A stretch of DNA of 63,334 nucleotides, from the IMG/VR virus record IMGVR_UViG_3300021961_000090, positions 1 through 63,334 of that record. One strand, given 5' to 3'. Numbering within the stretch: position 1 is the stretch's first letter; every line of letters starts with the position of its first letter. This document shows positions 16,839 to 27,205 of this stretch, one piece after another. The stretch comes from a virus. Lineage: Duplodnaviria > Caudoviricetes. Below the pieces are notes generated by a model. It had not been told where the DNA came from and did no database searches. It saw nothing but the letters and a program-made list of their open reading frames with translations. A program made the translations under genes and the position numbers.

Positions 16839-17519
16839 TTAGTTGGTGGCGTGAATCGGGATAACTCGGCGCGCGCGCTGGTCGGTTTGCTTGGCGCGTG
16901 TGCCGTGGGCGCGGAATCCGACAATCACCTTGCGGGTCGGTCGCGCGCATAGTCCGCAGGTTTTGCAGGTCTTATCGTCGCGGGCCTGAGCGGGGCAGAC
17001 TACGATTGCTCGGCCTTCCGGCGTGGTGGTGCGTTCGGGCGTGTCCATCGGCACTATGCACACTACCGGCAAGCCGGTCGCGGCAAGCTTGTCCGCTTCT
17101 CCGGCATCGTCGGCGGATAAATTGATGGTGAATCCCCACTCGTTGGCGTGGCGCGCCCACCTAATCGCATCGTCTGATTTTTTATGCGTGAAGGTGAATC
17201 CTCGTTTCCCGATATTGGCTCGGACTATTTCACCCAGGGCGGCGGGGTCGACGGTTTCCCCTTTCCCTGGTAGGTCGCCGGCGATATTGAATCGCCACAG
17301 TTCCCCATCCGGCAGGGCGGCTATGCGGTCGCAAGTGTCGGCTAATGATGCGCCCCTGGTCGGTACTTTGTTCCAAACTAGGCGAGTGTAAAAATCCTCG
17401 CCGTAGCAGTCGGATTCGTAGTGCGGGCAAGTCGGCGGACAGGTGCTGCGCTCGCTATAGGTTACCGGTATCGCGCCGGTTTTCCGGTTCCTTGATTTGT
17501 TGATGAAATGAATTTTCAT
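16839..17519 (-). CDS. Gp88-like Cys-rich (possible Fe-S) protein
   Basis: N.KTG, TCPPTCP...CY, RFNIAGD, CPAQ...TC.TCGLC, FRAHG. Confidence 0.55.
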   Translation of the reverse strand: MKIHFINKSRNRKTGAIPVTYSERSTCPPTCPHYESDCYGEDFYTRLVWNKVPTRGASLADTCDRIAALPDGELWRFNIAGDLPGKGETVDPAALGEIVRANIGKRGFTFTHKKSDDAIRWARHANEWGFTINLSADDAGEADKLAATGLPVVCIVPMDTPERTTTPEGRAIVVCPAQARDDKTCKTCGLCARPTRKVIVGFRAHGTRAKQTDQRARRVIPIHATN

Positions 17520-17795
17520 ATCTCACTCCAGCGTCACGCGTTGCGCGAGTGCGTCTGATATCAGGCCATCGCGGTGCAGACTGTCAACAAAATTGACAAA
17601 AGCGCAGCGGGTGTCAACGTGGTGAATCAATTCGGCGCTGCGGTCGGACTGAGTCCAGCTATAGCGGTGGCGGCGGCGTGGCAAGTCCGGGAAAGCTTCA
17701 AAAAAAGCGGCGCGGATTTGCTTCTGGTTTGTATAAATCGGTTTCATTTTTTCCCCTCGGTGAGTAATGCCCCGGCGCTGGCCGGGGCGGTCGGA

Positions 17796-18185
17796 TCACC
17801 GCTCGCGCGGTAGCATATGAGTCCAGCCGGTGCCGTTGTACTCGGCATAAAGCTTGATCTCGTCCAGCGGAAAGTCGGTAAACCCGATCCGCTGCGTTGC
17901 GTATATCGTGCCGTTGCCATCGTCTAGCGTTAACTCGGCGACATCGTCCGGCAGGCGGCGGAGTCGTGCGACTGTGAACTCGGTCAAGTCGTTAACACCC
18001 CGGGTCGTGAGATGCGAGTCAATAGCATCAAAAAGCCAGTATGCCCCGGCGTTTTCGGCCAGATACAGCGCGCCATCGGATAGCACCGAGCGGGTGAGTG
18101 GGTTCCAGCGGGTGAGGGTTTCGCTTGCGTAGAATTGAGCGAGCGAGTGCTTCAAGTCGGCGGCGGATTTTTTTGTGGTTTGCAT
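17796..18185 (-). CDS. DUF6876-like protein
   Basis: LSDGALYLAE.AGAYWL.DAI, DDGNG, Q.I.FTDFP. Confidence 0.6.
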   Translation of the reverse strand: MQTTKKSAADLKHSLAQFYASETLTRWNPLTRSVLSDGALYLAENAGAYWLFDAIDSHLTTRGVNDLTEFTVARLRRLPDDVAELTLDDGNGTIYATQRIGFTDFPLDEIKLYAEYNGTGWTHMLPRER

Positions 18186-18516
18186 GGTCGGTTCCCTCTC
18201 AAATTGAAAGCAAAACAAAAAGAAAAGCCCACATTATTAAAAAACCAATAATGCCAGCGATGATCTCGGCGATAGTTTGCATGTCCACTCCGGTCAAATT
18301 AGGTCGAAAACGTAGTCCGGCTCGAGTCCGAATTCATCCTGCAAAACCTCTTCCGGATCGGCGCCCTCGTTGTATACGAGATGGCGCGCGTAAGCGATGG
18401 CCTCGGCGGCCTCGTCGCGGGTCAATTTGTCGCGCTGAATCAAGATCTGCATTAATTCGGTCATGGTGTAGTTTCCTTTCAGGTAGCGCCCAAACGCGGC
18501 GGCGCGGGCGGTCGGT

Positions 18517-18768
18517 TTATGGTTGAAAACGTGGCAGGTTGCGAACGAAAGTATTTTCCTGGTACAGCTCGGTGTACTTCACAGGCTCGGCGCGGGCGGC
18601 TTTGGCGGCAGCAAAGCGGGCAAAATCGCAATCCTCCTCCAAATAAACCATCTCATCGCGTTGATATGAGTATTCGCTGATGGAATGGCGGATTCCGAGC
18701 GCGTCAAGTTCAGCGCGTGGCACTTCAAGCCAGCCATGCCCAGGGTCGGTGATAAAACGATATGTCAT
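18517..18768 (-). CDS. Conserved phage/plasmid hypothetical protein
   Basis: DPGHGWL.V...YLEEDCD motif. Confidence 0.65.
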   Translation of the reverse strand: MTYRFITDPGHGWLEVPRAELDALGIRHSISEYSYQRDEMVYLEEDCDFARFAAAKAARAEPVKYTELYQENTFVRNLPRFQP

Positions 18769-19196
18769 TGGTCGGGTTCCTTTCAGGGTTCGCTGCGGGC
18801 AGCTAAACGGTACACGGCAACGCGCTCGGCAAAGCTATGCGGGTCTGCTTCGATAAAATCTAAAACCTCTGGATAAATGTTTATCCACAATCCTTGCATC
18901 AAACCTAAATCTAGGGAAACCTCATAAGGCGTAATAGCAAAGGGTTGGTCTATATGCTCTGCCCAGGCGCGGGCGGAATCTTCGTAATTTTGAGCTACAC
19001 AGTCCATGATTGATTCCTTTCAGGCCGGATTTACCGGCCTTTCATAATTACTTGCGGTTTTTGATGAGTTCTTTGGCGCTATCAAAAATGATAAAAGCCA
19101 AAACAGTAAAAGCAGGTACTAAGAAAATGATTTTGTCTAGCGTTGTCATGGTGAGCACCTCCAAGTAAGCGATACAGAGTGCATCGCATGAGGGTC

Positions 19197-19224
19197 ATAT
19201 TAGCTCGTCAATACAATACGTCAA
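19197..19224 (-). promoter_or_regulatory. Possible early promoter
   Basis: TTGACG-16 bp-TAATAT at the head of the early gene block. Confidence 0.45.
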
Positions 19225-19404
19225 GACCTAACAGTATATTTTGTCAATGATATATTTCTATCGGTTTTGCGGTATCCATAGCACTGCTATTGCCAGGCTG
19301 GCGGCGATAGATTCAGGCTATTGTTGATTTTCCGGTTTTGTTCCTGTATCTTCGGGCGCGTGATTGTCCGGCGGGCGGGCAAGTGAGCGCAGCGAACATC
19401 AGCA

Positions 19405-20148
19405 ATGAAGCCACCTACCAGGAAGCAACTAAAAGAAGCAATACAGAAGAAGGATATAGGCGCAGTCCTACATATCCCCAAAGGAACACTAACAACAAGA
19501 CAAAAGAAGTTCGCCCAGGCTATTGCTATCGATGGGATGACGGGTGCGGATGCCTACAGATCAGCATACAAGGCTGCGGGGAAGCCCAAAACCATAGGCG
19601 ATGCCGCTAGTAGGCTGAAGGCCGATTCCAGAATCCAGGCGGAAATTGCCGCGCTGGAACACGCCCAGGCTGTGAGTGCGTTACATTCTGCAGAGGCTTT
19701 GCGCTCTCTTGTAATTTCTTCCCTCACTTCTGCACTCATCGACCCTGACGTGAAGGCTGCAACGAAGATACAAGCGGCTAAAGTTCTTGGCACTGTGACA
19801 GAAGTTGCGGCTTTCACTGAGCGCAAGCAGATCACAACGATCAACGACAGCGCACAGATACGCGAGCGCATATTGCAGGAACTCAAGACCATCGCGCTAC
19901 GATCGGATGACGTGCAGGATGTAGATGCGACCGCGCTACTGACCGAGCTGGTGGGCGGGGTTGATGATGCCAGCCTGGGCGACCCCACCGGAGGGGGACA
20001 CCCCCAAACGGCAGCATGGGACTCCGGCTCTGACATACATAGTACTCCACACGAACCATCCTCCCCAGAAACCACCCCCATCTCTTCCCAAACGCCCACC
20101 CCCCGGGGGGATATTTTTGAAGAAAATGACGATGCTGCACCGCAATAA
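19405..20148 (+). CDS. terS: Terminase small subunit-like protein
   Basis: LTTRQKKFAQAI...ADAYRSAY HTH; lies upstream of terL. Confidence 0.65.
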   Translation: MKPPTRKQLKEAIQKKDIGAVLHIPKGTLTTRQKKFAQAIAIDGMTGADAYRSAYKAAGKPKTIGDAASRLKADSRIQAEIAALEHAQAVSALHSAEALRSLVISSLTSALIDPDVKAATKIQAAKVLGTVTEVAAFTERKQITTINDSAQIRERILQELKTIALRSDDVQDVDATALLTELVGGVDDASLGDPTGGGHPQTAAWDSGSDIHSTPHEPSSPETTPISSQTPTPRGDIFEENDDAAPQ

Positions 20149-20162
20149 GTCGACTGGCAACG

Positions 20163-20519
20163 TTGCCATTCGGGTCTGAGAACGTAGTGTTTATGCCAAA
20201 TAGTGTCGTGATGCAGCGCACCAAATTGTTGATAAATAGGGAGATGGTGGCCAGGAGGCGGGAGAAGACGTATGAGGAATGTGAGGGGATGGAGATGACG
20301 CCGGCGCAGCGTGAGGTGTTTTTGATCGTGGATGAGTGGTGGAAGCAGAAGGGGTTTGGGCCGTCGATTCGGGATATATGTGAGTTGCGGGGTAAGGGTG
20401 GGATGGGGAATACGAGTGAGATTATTGGGCGGTTGGTGAAGTTGGGGGTGTTGAAGAAGGTGAAGGGTGCGGTGAGGAGTGTGCGTCCGGTGTATATACA
20501 GTTTAGGTATCTGGAGTGA
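20163..20519 (+). CDS. LexA-like DNA-binding domain protein
   Basis: MTPAQREV...GFGPSIRDIC...LVKLG.L resembles the LexA N-domain; start uncertain. Confidence 0.65.
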   Translation: MPFGSENVVFMPNSVVMQRTKLLINREMVARRREKTYEECEGMEMTPAQREVFLIVDEWWKQKGFGPSIRDICELRGKGGMGNTSEIIGRLVKLGVLKKVKGAVRSVRPVYIQFRYLE

Positions 20520-20550
20520 ATTTTGTGGTTAGTCCGAATTAATCAAAGAG

Positions 20551-22026
20551 ATGGATCTTTCTGAGCTGATAGGGAAGTTGCCGCGTGCTGAGCAGGAGAA
20601 GCTGCTGGAGCAGGTGGGGCAGTACCGGGATGCGGTGGTGCGGGAGAAGGCGCAGGCATCTTTTATGGCTTTTGTGAAAGAGATGTGGCCGGGGTTTATA
20701 CATGGCAGACATCACGCACTTATGGCCAAGAAGTTTGAGGAGATAGCGGAGGGGAAGTTAAAGCGGCTGATAATAAATATGCCGCCGCGCCACACGAAAT
20801 CAGAGTTTGCGAGCTATCTGTTGCCGGCCTGGTTTTTGGGGAAGTATCCGAATAAGAAGGTAATCCAGACGTCGAACACGGCTGAACTGGCGGTGGGGTT
20901 TGGCCGGAAGGTCAGGAACTTAGTGGATAGTGATCAATATGCAAAGATCTTTCCGAATGTCGGGTTACGCGCGGATTCCAAGGCAGCGGGACGCTGGGCG
21001 ACTAGCCACGGTGGCGATTACTTTGCTATTGGTGTCGGGGGTACTGTTACTGGTAAGGGTGCTGACCTACTTATCATTGATGATCCCCACTCGGAACAGG
21101 AAGCGAGATTAGCGCAGGGGGATCCGAGCGTATTTGACGGGGTGTACGAGTGGTATACGTCAGGTCCGCGTCAGCGTTTACAGCCTGGCGGGGCGATAGT
21201 TGTGGTGATGACCCGGTGGAGTGACAAAGATCTTACTGGCCGGGTGGTGAAGAGTGACAGTACGGAGTGGGAAGTAATAGAACTGCCGGCGATTTTGCCG
21301 TCGGGAAATGCGCTGTGGCCAGAGTTTTGGGCGCTGGAAGAGCTGGAGGCGTTAAAAGAAGAACTGCCGCCGTATAAATGGAACGCGCAGTATCAACAAA
21401 AGCCTACCGGAGAAGAGGGGGCGATCGTAAAGCGGGATTGGTGGCGCCGATGGGAGCGAGATAAGCCGCCGGCGTGTGAATTTATCATCCAAAGTTGGGA
21501 TACGGCGTACTCAAAAAGCCAGCGGGCGGACTATTCTGCGTGTACGACATGGGGAGTTTTCCATCTGAACGAGGATCCGAGCGATGTGAACATCATTTTG
21601 CTGGATGCTTTTAAGGAAAAGCTGGAATTTCCCGAGTTGAAGGTGGCGGCGAAGCGGTTTTATGATGAATGGCAGCCGGATTCCTGCATTATTGAAGCAA
21701 AAGCGGCGGGTGCGCCGTTGATATATGAGCTAAGACGCATGGGTGTGATGGTTCAGGACTACACGCCGACGCGGGGAAATGACAAGTTCGTGCGTTTGAA
21801 CAGCGTTACAGACCTATTTTCTTCCGGTAAAGTGTGGGCGCCCGAGACCAGATGGGCGGACGAGGTGATAGAAGAGATGGCGCGGTTCCCGAACGCGGAA
21901 CATGACGATTTGGTGGACTCCAGTGTGCAGGCTTTGATGCGATTTCGCCAAGGCGGCTTCTTGCGACTGGATTCAGATGAAGATGATGATGACTTAGGCT
22001 TCCGGCGTAAGCGAAGCTACTACTGA
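20551..22026 (+). CDS. terL: Terminase large subunit
   Basis: MPPRHTKS, IIDDP, YQQ.P, SWDTA, HDDLVD. Confidence 0.95.
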   Translation: MDLSELIGKLPRAEQEKLLEQVGQYRDAVVREKAQASFMAFVKEMWPGFIHGRHHALMAKKFEEIAEGKLKRLIINMPPRHTKSEFASYLLPAWFLGKYPNKKVIQTSNTAELAVGFGRKVRNLVDSDQYAKIFPNVGLRADSKAAGRWATSHGGDYFAIGVGGTVTGKGADLLIIDDPHSEQEARLAQGDPSVFDGVYEWYTSGPRQRLQPGGAIVVVMTRWSDKDLTGRVVKSDSTEWEVIELPAILPSGNALWPEFWALEELEALKEELPPYKWNAQYQQKPTGEEGAIVKRDWWRRWERDKPPACEFIIQSWDTAYSKSQRADYSACTTWGVFHLNEDPSDVNIILLDAFKEKLEFPELKVAAKRFYDEWQPDSCIIEAKAAGAPLIYELRRMGVMVQDYTPTRGNDKFVRLNSVTDLFSSGKVWAPETRWADEVIEEMARFPNAEHDDLVDSSVQALMRFRQGGFLRLDSDEDDDDLGFRRKRSYY

Positions 22027-22035
22027 GGATAGACC

Positions 22036-24510
22036 ATGGCAACGAATTTTGACAAAGCCTTGTACCAAGCACCTGTTGGATTGGATGCGATCGAGCAGGA
22101 AGAGCCGGATTTTGAGATTGAGATTGAGGATCCTGAGTCGGTAAGCATCGGGATCGGCGGGTTGGAGATTGAGATTGAGCCGGATGAGGGGGCTGATGAC
22201 GATTTCAACGCTAACTTGGCGGAAGTGCTGCCGGAAGACGTGCTGCAAGAGATTGCAGGGGATGTGATCTCTGATTATGACGATGATATCGCCAGCCGGA
22301 AGGACTGGATGCAGACGTATGTCGATGGCCTAGAGCTTTTGGGGATGAAAATTGAAGAACGTTCCGAGCCGTGGGAAGGTGCTTGCGGGGTATATCACCC
22401 CCTCCTTTCGGAAGCCTTGGTTAAGTTCCAGTCTGAGACGATCATGGAAACTTTCCCTGCCGCTGGGCCGGTCAAAACCAAGATTATCGGGAAGGAAACG
22501 CCCCAAAAGAAAGAAGCCGCCGAGCGAGTCAGGGATGACATGAATTATCAGCTGACCGAAGTCATGGTTGAGTACCGGCCAGAGCATGAGCGCATGTTAT
22601 GGGGCTTGGGTCTGTCGGGTAATGGGTTCAAGAAGGTGTATTTTGACCCGTCGATGGATCGGCAGGTGTCTATATATGTACCGGCTGAGGATGTAGTTGT
22701 GCCATACGGGGCGAGTAATCTGGAAACGGCGCCGCGTGTGACGCATGTCATGCGCAAGACTAAGAATGATCTGCGTAAGTTGATGGTTGGCGGCTTTTAT
22801 CGGGATATCGATCTACCAGAACCAGAAAATATTCTGGACGATATCGAGAAGAAGATCGCTGAGAAGATGGGATTTCGGGCTACCACGGACGATCGGTATA
22901 AGCTTCTGGAAATGCAGGTGTATTTAGACCTGCCTGGCTATGAGGACAAAGACGATGACGGCAAAGAGACGGGGATTGGCCTACCTTATATTGTTACGGT
23001 GGAAAGAAGCTCGCAGGAAGTACTGGCCATACGGCGCAACTACCACCCGGACGATGAGACAAAGCAAAAGCGCACCCACTTTGTCCATTATCCCTACATA
23101 CCGGGGTTTGGATTTTATGCCTTTGGTCTCATACATCTTATTGGCGCTTTCGCTAAGTCTGGCACTAGCATTATTCGCCAGCTCGTGGACGCTGGTACGT
23201 TATCCAATCTACCTGGCGGACTTAAGACCAAAGGGATGCGAGTCAAAGGTGATGACACCCCGATTGCACCGGGAGAGTTTCGAGATGTGGACGTTGCGGC
23301 AGGAACGATTAGAGACAATATCCTGCCTCTTCCCTATAAGGAGCCAAGTCAAGTTCTCTTGACCCTGATGAATCAGATTGTCGAGGAAGGTAGGCGTTTC
23401 GCTTCGGCAGCTGATCTCAAAGTGGCTGATATGTCGGCCAACTCGCCAGTCGGTACAACACTGGCCATCCTTGAGCGCACCCTGAAAGTGATGTCTGCGG
23501 TGCAGGCGCGTATGCACTACGCGATGAAGCAGGAACTAAAACTGCTGAAAGACATCATCCGTGACTACACCCCAGAAGAGTACAGCTATGAGCCGGTAGA
23601 AGGTACGCGCCGCGCGAAACAGTCTGACTACGATCAGGTGGATGTGATTCCAGTGTCCGATCCTAACTCGGCCACGATGGCGCAGAAGGTTGTGCAGTAC
23701 CAGGCTGTGATGCAGATGGCGCAGGCCAACCCCCAGATATATGACATGGTGGAGTTGAACCGTCAGATGTTGGATGTTCTGGGTATTAAGAACATCGGCA
23801 AGCTTGTGCCATCGGCGGAGGATCAAAAGCCGAAGGATCCTGTGTCGGAAAACATGGCCATCATGAATATGAAGCCGGTCAAGGCGTTCATTTATCAGGA
23901 TCATCAGGCACACATTCAGGTGCATACGTCTGCGATGCAAGATCCCAAGATCATGCAGGCTATTGGCCAAAACCCGAACGCCCAAGCTATGCAGGCGGCG
24001 ATGATGGCACACATAGCTGAGCATACGGCGTTCGAGTATCGCAAACAGATTGAAGAGATGCTGGGTGTTCCGCTGCCGGAAATGGACAAGGAGTTGTCGC
24101 CGGAGATGGAAGTTGAGGTATCTCGGATGATGGCTGCGGCGGCAAGCAAGTTGTTGCAGAAGGATCAGGCCGAAGCGCAGCAACAGCAGGCTCAGCAGGC
24201 AGCGCAAGATCCTATTGTCCAGATGCAGCAACAAGAGTTGCAACTAAAACAGCAGGAACTGGAGCTTAAGAAGCAGAAGCTGGCGATTGAGACGGCTGAG
24301 AAGGCCGATCGCATTCGCATTGAGGAAGAGCGGATTGAGGCGCAGAAAGAGATTGCTGGTATGCAGGTTGGCGCCAAGACTGCCAAAGATAAGGCGGATC
24401 TTGAGGCGCGCATGGAGTTAGAGGGCGTGAAGATTGGCTCTCAAATTGCCAAGGATCAGGTTGGCACGAATCGTCCACAGTTACCAAGGCCGACAAAAGG
24501 CAAGGAGTAA
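22036..24510 (+). CDS. Portal protein
   Basis: Follows terL; 824 aa; HPLLSEA, KKVYFD; Gln-rich coiled-coil C-terminus. Confidence 0.85.
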   Translation: MATNFDKALYQAPVGLDAIEQEEPDFEIEIEDPESVSIGIGGLEIEIEPDEGADDDFNANLAEVLPEDVLQEIAGDVISDYDDDIASRKDWMQTYVDGLELLGMKIEERSEPWEGACGVYHPLLSEALVKFQSETIMETFPAAGPVKTKIIGKETPQKKEAAERVRDDMNYQLTEVMVEYRPEHERMLWGLGLSGNGFKKVYFDPSMDRQVSIYVPAEDVVVPYGASNLETAPRVTHVMRKTKNDLRKLMVGGFYRDIDLPEPENILDDIEKKIAEKMGFRATTDDRYKLLEMQVYLDLPGYEDKDDDGKETGIGLPYIVTVERSSQEVLAIRRNYHPDDETKQKRTHFVHYPYIPGFGFYAFGLIHLIGAFAKSGTSIIRQLVDAGTLSNLPGGLKTKGMRVKGDDTPIAPGEFRDVDVAAGTIRDNILPLPYKEPSQVLLTLMNQIVEEGRRFASAADLKVADMSANSPVGTTLAILERTLKVMSAVQARMHYAMKQELKLLKDIIRDYTPEEYSYEPVEGTRRAKQSDYDQVDVIPVSDPNSATMAQKVVQYQAVMQMAQANPQIYDMVELNRQMLDVLGIKNIGKLVPSAEDQKPKDPVSENMAIMNMKPVKAFIYQDHQAHIQVHTSAMQDPKIMQAIGQNPNAQAMQAAMMAHIAEHTAFEYRKQIEEMLGVPLPEMDKELSPEMEVEVSRMMAAAASKLLQKDQAEAQQQQAQQAAQDPIVQMQQQELQLKQQELELKKQKLAIETAEKADRIRIEEERIEAQKEIAGMQVGAKTAKDKADLEARMELEGVKIGSQIAKDQVGTNRPQLPRPTKGKE

Positions 24511-24513
24511 TGT

Positions 24514-24705
24514 ATGGAAAAAACGCTAGAGATACTGCTTGAGCAGATACGTCTAAAGCGACAACAGATAGTTGAGGCCGTGTCCACAAACGCGGCTAAG
24601 GACTATGCAGAGTACCAAAAGCTCTGCGGGGAAATCCGAGGTCTTTCTATGGCCGAGGGTTTTATTCTTGATTTAGCAAAACAAATGGAGTTTTCCGATG
24701 ACTGA
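24514..24705 (+). CDS. Conserved small head-region protein
   Basis: DYAEYQKLCGEIRGL. Confidence 0.65.
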   Translation: MEKTLEILLEQIRLKRQQIVEAVSTNAAKDYAEYQKLCGEIRGLSMAEGFILDLAKQMEFSDD

Positions 24706-25099
24706 AATCGCCATCGCTACAGAAAGCGGTGAAGTATCCACTCTGCCACAAACCGCAGAGGAGAAAGCGAAACAACTTCCAGATCCGACGGGTTACCACA
24801 TTCTGGTAACGCTGCCAGAGAAGGAAGACAAATTTGAAAGCGGGCTGCTTAAAGCGGATTCAACCATCCACTATGAGCAAGTACTGGCTACAGTGTTTTT
24901 TGTCGTAAAGATGGGACCAGACTGCTACCAAGATGAAAAGCGGTTTCCCAACGGACCGTGGTGTAAGGAAGGGGATTTTATTCTCGCCCGTCCTAACACT
25001 GGAACCCGGCTAAAGATTCATGGCACCGAGTTCAGGTTGATCAACGACGATTGCGTGGAGGCCGTGGTTCAGGATCCTCGCGGCATCAGTCGGGCTTAG
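24698..25099 (+). CDS. groES: Phage co-chaperonin, GroES/Cpn10-like
   Basis: P.GYHILV, SGLL, VV.MGP, CKEGD, FRLINDD.V.AVV. Confidence 0.8.
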   Translation: MTEIAIATESGEVSTLPQTAEEKAKQLPDPTGYHILVTLPEKEDKFESGLLKADSTIHYEQVLATVFFVVKMGPDCYQDEKRFPNGPWCKEGDFILARPNTGTRLKIHGTEFRLINDDCVEAVVQDPRGISRA

Positions 25100-25111
25100 T
25101 AAAGGAGAAAC

Positions 25112-26074
25112 ATGATGGCAGGTCAAATGCAGATGGATGAATTTGAGTTTCCTGATGAGAAGCAAGCCAAGGCGGAGGCTGCTGATCAGGAAGAGGAATT
25201 CGAGATTGAGATAGAGGACGATACCCCGCCGCCCGATCGTGGCCGGGAGCCGTTGCCCAAAGATATTGTTGATCAGCTGGACAAGGACGAGTTGGAAGAA
25301 TATTCCGAGAACGTCAAGACCAAGCTGAAGCAGATGAAAAAGGTCTGGCATGACGAGCGCCGAGAGAAAGAGCAGGCGTTGCGGGAGCAGCAGGAAGCGA
25401 TCGCTTATGCCAAGAAAGTCCTTGAGGAAAACAATGCTCTCAAAGGCCGACTAAGCCGAGGTGAGCAGAGCTTCATTAATACGTACAAAAGCGCGGCTGA
25501 GCTGGAGTTGGATGCGGCAAAGCGGGCTTACAAGGAAGCCTATGACATGGGCGATCCTGACAAGCTGGTGGATGCTCAGGAGCGGTTGAACGACGCGCAG
25601 TACAAAGTTCGTCGTGCCAACGAATACGTGCCTGCTTTACAACAAGAGGAAGTTGAGGTACAACGCCAGCCAGAAGTGCCGGTAGCACGTCCTGACCCAA
25701 AGATGGTTGCGTGGCAAGAGCGCAATCAGTGGTTTGGGAAAGACCCTGAGATGACCAGTTTGGCGCTGGGCTTACACCAAAAGCTTGTAGCGGAATACGG
25801 TCAGAGCTACCCGTCAACGGATGAGTACTGGCAGAAGGTCGATGACACCATGCGTCGGCGCTTCCCAGAGGCATTTCCAGAGCAACAGGAAACGCAGTCC
25901 ACAAACAGACAGCGTACAGAGAAGGCAGCAACGGTTGTAGCTCCTGCGACTCGCACGACGGCCTCCAAAAAGGTCAAGTTAAAACAGTCTACGGTAAACA
26001 CAATCAAGAAATTGGGTATTACCCCCGAAGCTTACATCCGTGAAATGCGAAAATTGGAGGCCACAAATGGCTGA
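25112..26074 (+). CDS. Putative capsid scaffolding protein
   Basis: Acidic N-terminus, coiled coil, W.ERN.WFG; position before the capsid genes. Confidence 0.6.
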   Translation: MMAGQMQMDEFEFPDEKQAKAEAADQEEEFEIEIEDDTPPPDRGREPLPKDIVDQLDKDELEEYSENVKTKLKQMKKVWHDERREKEQALREQQEAIAYAKKVLEENNALKGRLSRGEQSFINTYKSAAELELDAAKRAYKEAYDMGDPDKLVDAQERLNDAQYKVRRANEYVPALQQEEVEVQRQPEVPVARPDPKMVAWQERNQWFGKDPEMTSLALGLHQKLVAEYGQSYPSTDEYWQKVDDTMRRRFPEAFPEQQETQSTNRQRTEKAATVVAPATRTTASKKVKLKQSTVNTIKKLGITPEAYIREMRKLEATNG

Positions 26075-26507
26075 TAAAACACCACGTAGTATTGAAACGA
26101 GAACCATGGCAGAGCGTCCCAAAGCGTGGGCGCCACCGGAACTTTTACCGGAACCGGACAAGCAGCCAGGTTTTGCGTACAGATGGATTAGGGTTTCTAC
26201 TTTGAACACAGCTGATGCTCGCAACATCGCCTCTAAGCAGCGCGAGGGTTGGGAGCCGGTGAAGTTGGAAGAGCAACCCCAGTTTCAATTGATGGTAGAC
26301 CCCGACAGTCGATTTAAAGACAGCGTTGAGGTCGGTGGATTATTGCTCTGCAAGACGCCGATTGAGTTTGTTGAACAGCGTAATGCTTACTATCAGAAGC
26401 AGGCTGACGGCCAACTTACGGCAGTGGACAATAATCTGATGCGTCAAAATGACCCACGGATGCCTCTCTTTAAGGAATCGAAGTCTTCGGTTTCCAAGAT
26501 GGGCTAA
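26067..26507 (+). CDS. Conserved head-region protein
   Basis: YRWIR, REGWEPV, GGLLLCK; start MADKTP. Confidence 0.65.
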   Translation: MADKTPRSIETRTMAERPKAWAPPELLPEPDKQPGFAYRWIRVSTLNTADARNIASKQREGWEPVKLEEQPQFQLMVDPDSRFKDSVEVGGLLLCKTPIEFVEQRNAYYQKQADGQLTAVDNNLMRQNDPRMPLFKESKSSVSKMG

Positions 26508-26526
26508 CACTTTTTTGGAGTAAGAC

Positions 26527-27195
26527 ATGGCATATCCGACTGTATCGGCCCCTTACGGCCTACGTCCGGTGAACCTGATCGGCGGTCAGGTGTACGCTGG
26601 CTCTACTCGTCTAATGAAAATTGCTAGTGAATACAACACGAACATTTTCTACGGCGATGTAGTTAAGCTAGTGTCATCTGGTACTGTTGAGAAGGACACT
26701 GGTACTTCTACTGCAACCCCTGTTGGCGTTTTCGTGGGCTGCACGTATACCAATCCCACAACCAAGCAGAAGCTGCAAGCTCAGTACTGGCCGGCTAACA
26801 CCGTTGCCACTGACGCCTACGCTTATGTTGTGGACGATCCTGATGTTTTGTTTAAGGTGGCTGCTGTTTCTGGCACAACCGTCGTGGCTTTCTATGCACA
26901 GACTGTTGTTGGCTCGAACGCACCGCTGGTTCAAAACGACGGCTCGACTACTACGGGTGACTCTGCTGTTGCAATTAACGGTGGTTCGGTAGCTACTACC
27001 GCATCGCTGCCGATTCGTATCATTGACGTTGTGCCGGATACGGCCAACTCGACTGGTAGTTTCTGCGAGTTTATTTGCAAATTCAATGCGCCCTACATGG
27101 TTGCGGCTTCCACGCTGAACACCTCGACGAACGTAGTTACGACTACTGTGACCGTCACTGGTGGCCATCAGTACAACAACCCAGTTGGCGTTTAA
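26527..27195 (+). CDS. Putative capsid decoration/minor capsid protein
   Basis: PYGLRPV, IFYGD, GVFVGC, VDDPD; immediately precedes the MCP. Confidence 0.6.
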   Translation: MAYPTVSAPYGLRPVNLIGGQVYAGSTRLMKIASEYNTNIFYGDVVKLVSSGTVEKDTGTSTATPVGVFVGCTYTNPTTKQKLQAQYWPANTVATDAYAYVVDDPDVLFKVAAVSGTTVVAFYAQTVVGSNAPLVQNDGSTTTGDSAVAINGGSVATTASLPIRIIDVVPDTANSTGSFCEFICKFNAPYMVAASTLNTSTNVVTTTVTVTGGHQYNNPVGV

Positions 27196-27205
27196 GGAGT
27201 AAAAC

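Larger units (their letters stand above)
15260..19149 (-). other. Early region of about 15 small leftward genes
   Basis: Includes 15457-15699, 15696-15881, 15897-16049, 16061-16375, 16391-16609, 16622-16822, 17523-17747, 18783-19007; most have recurring RBS motifs. Confidence 0.75.
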
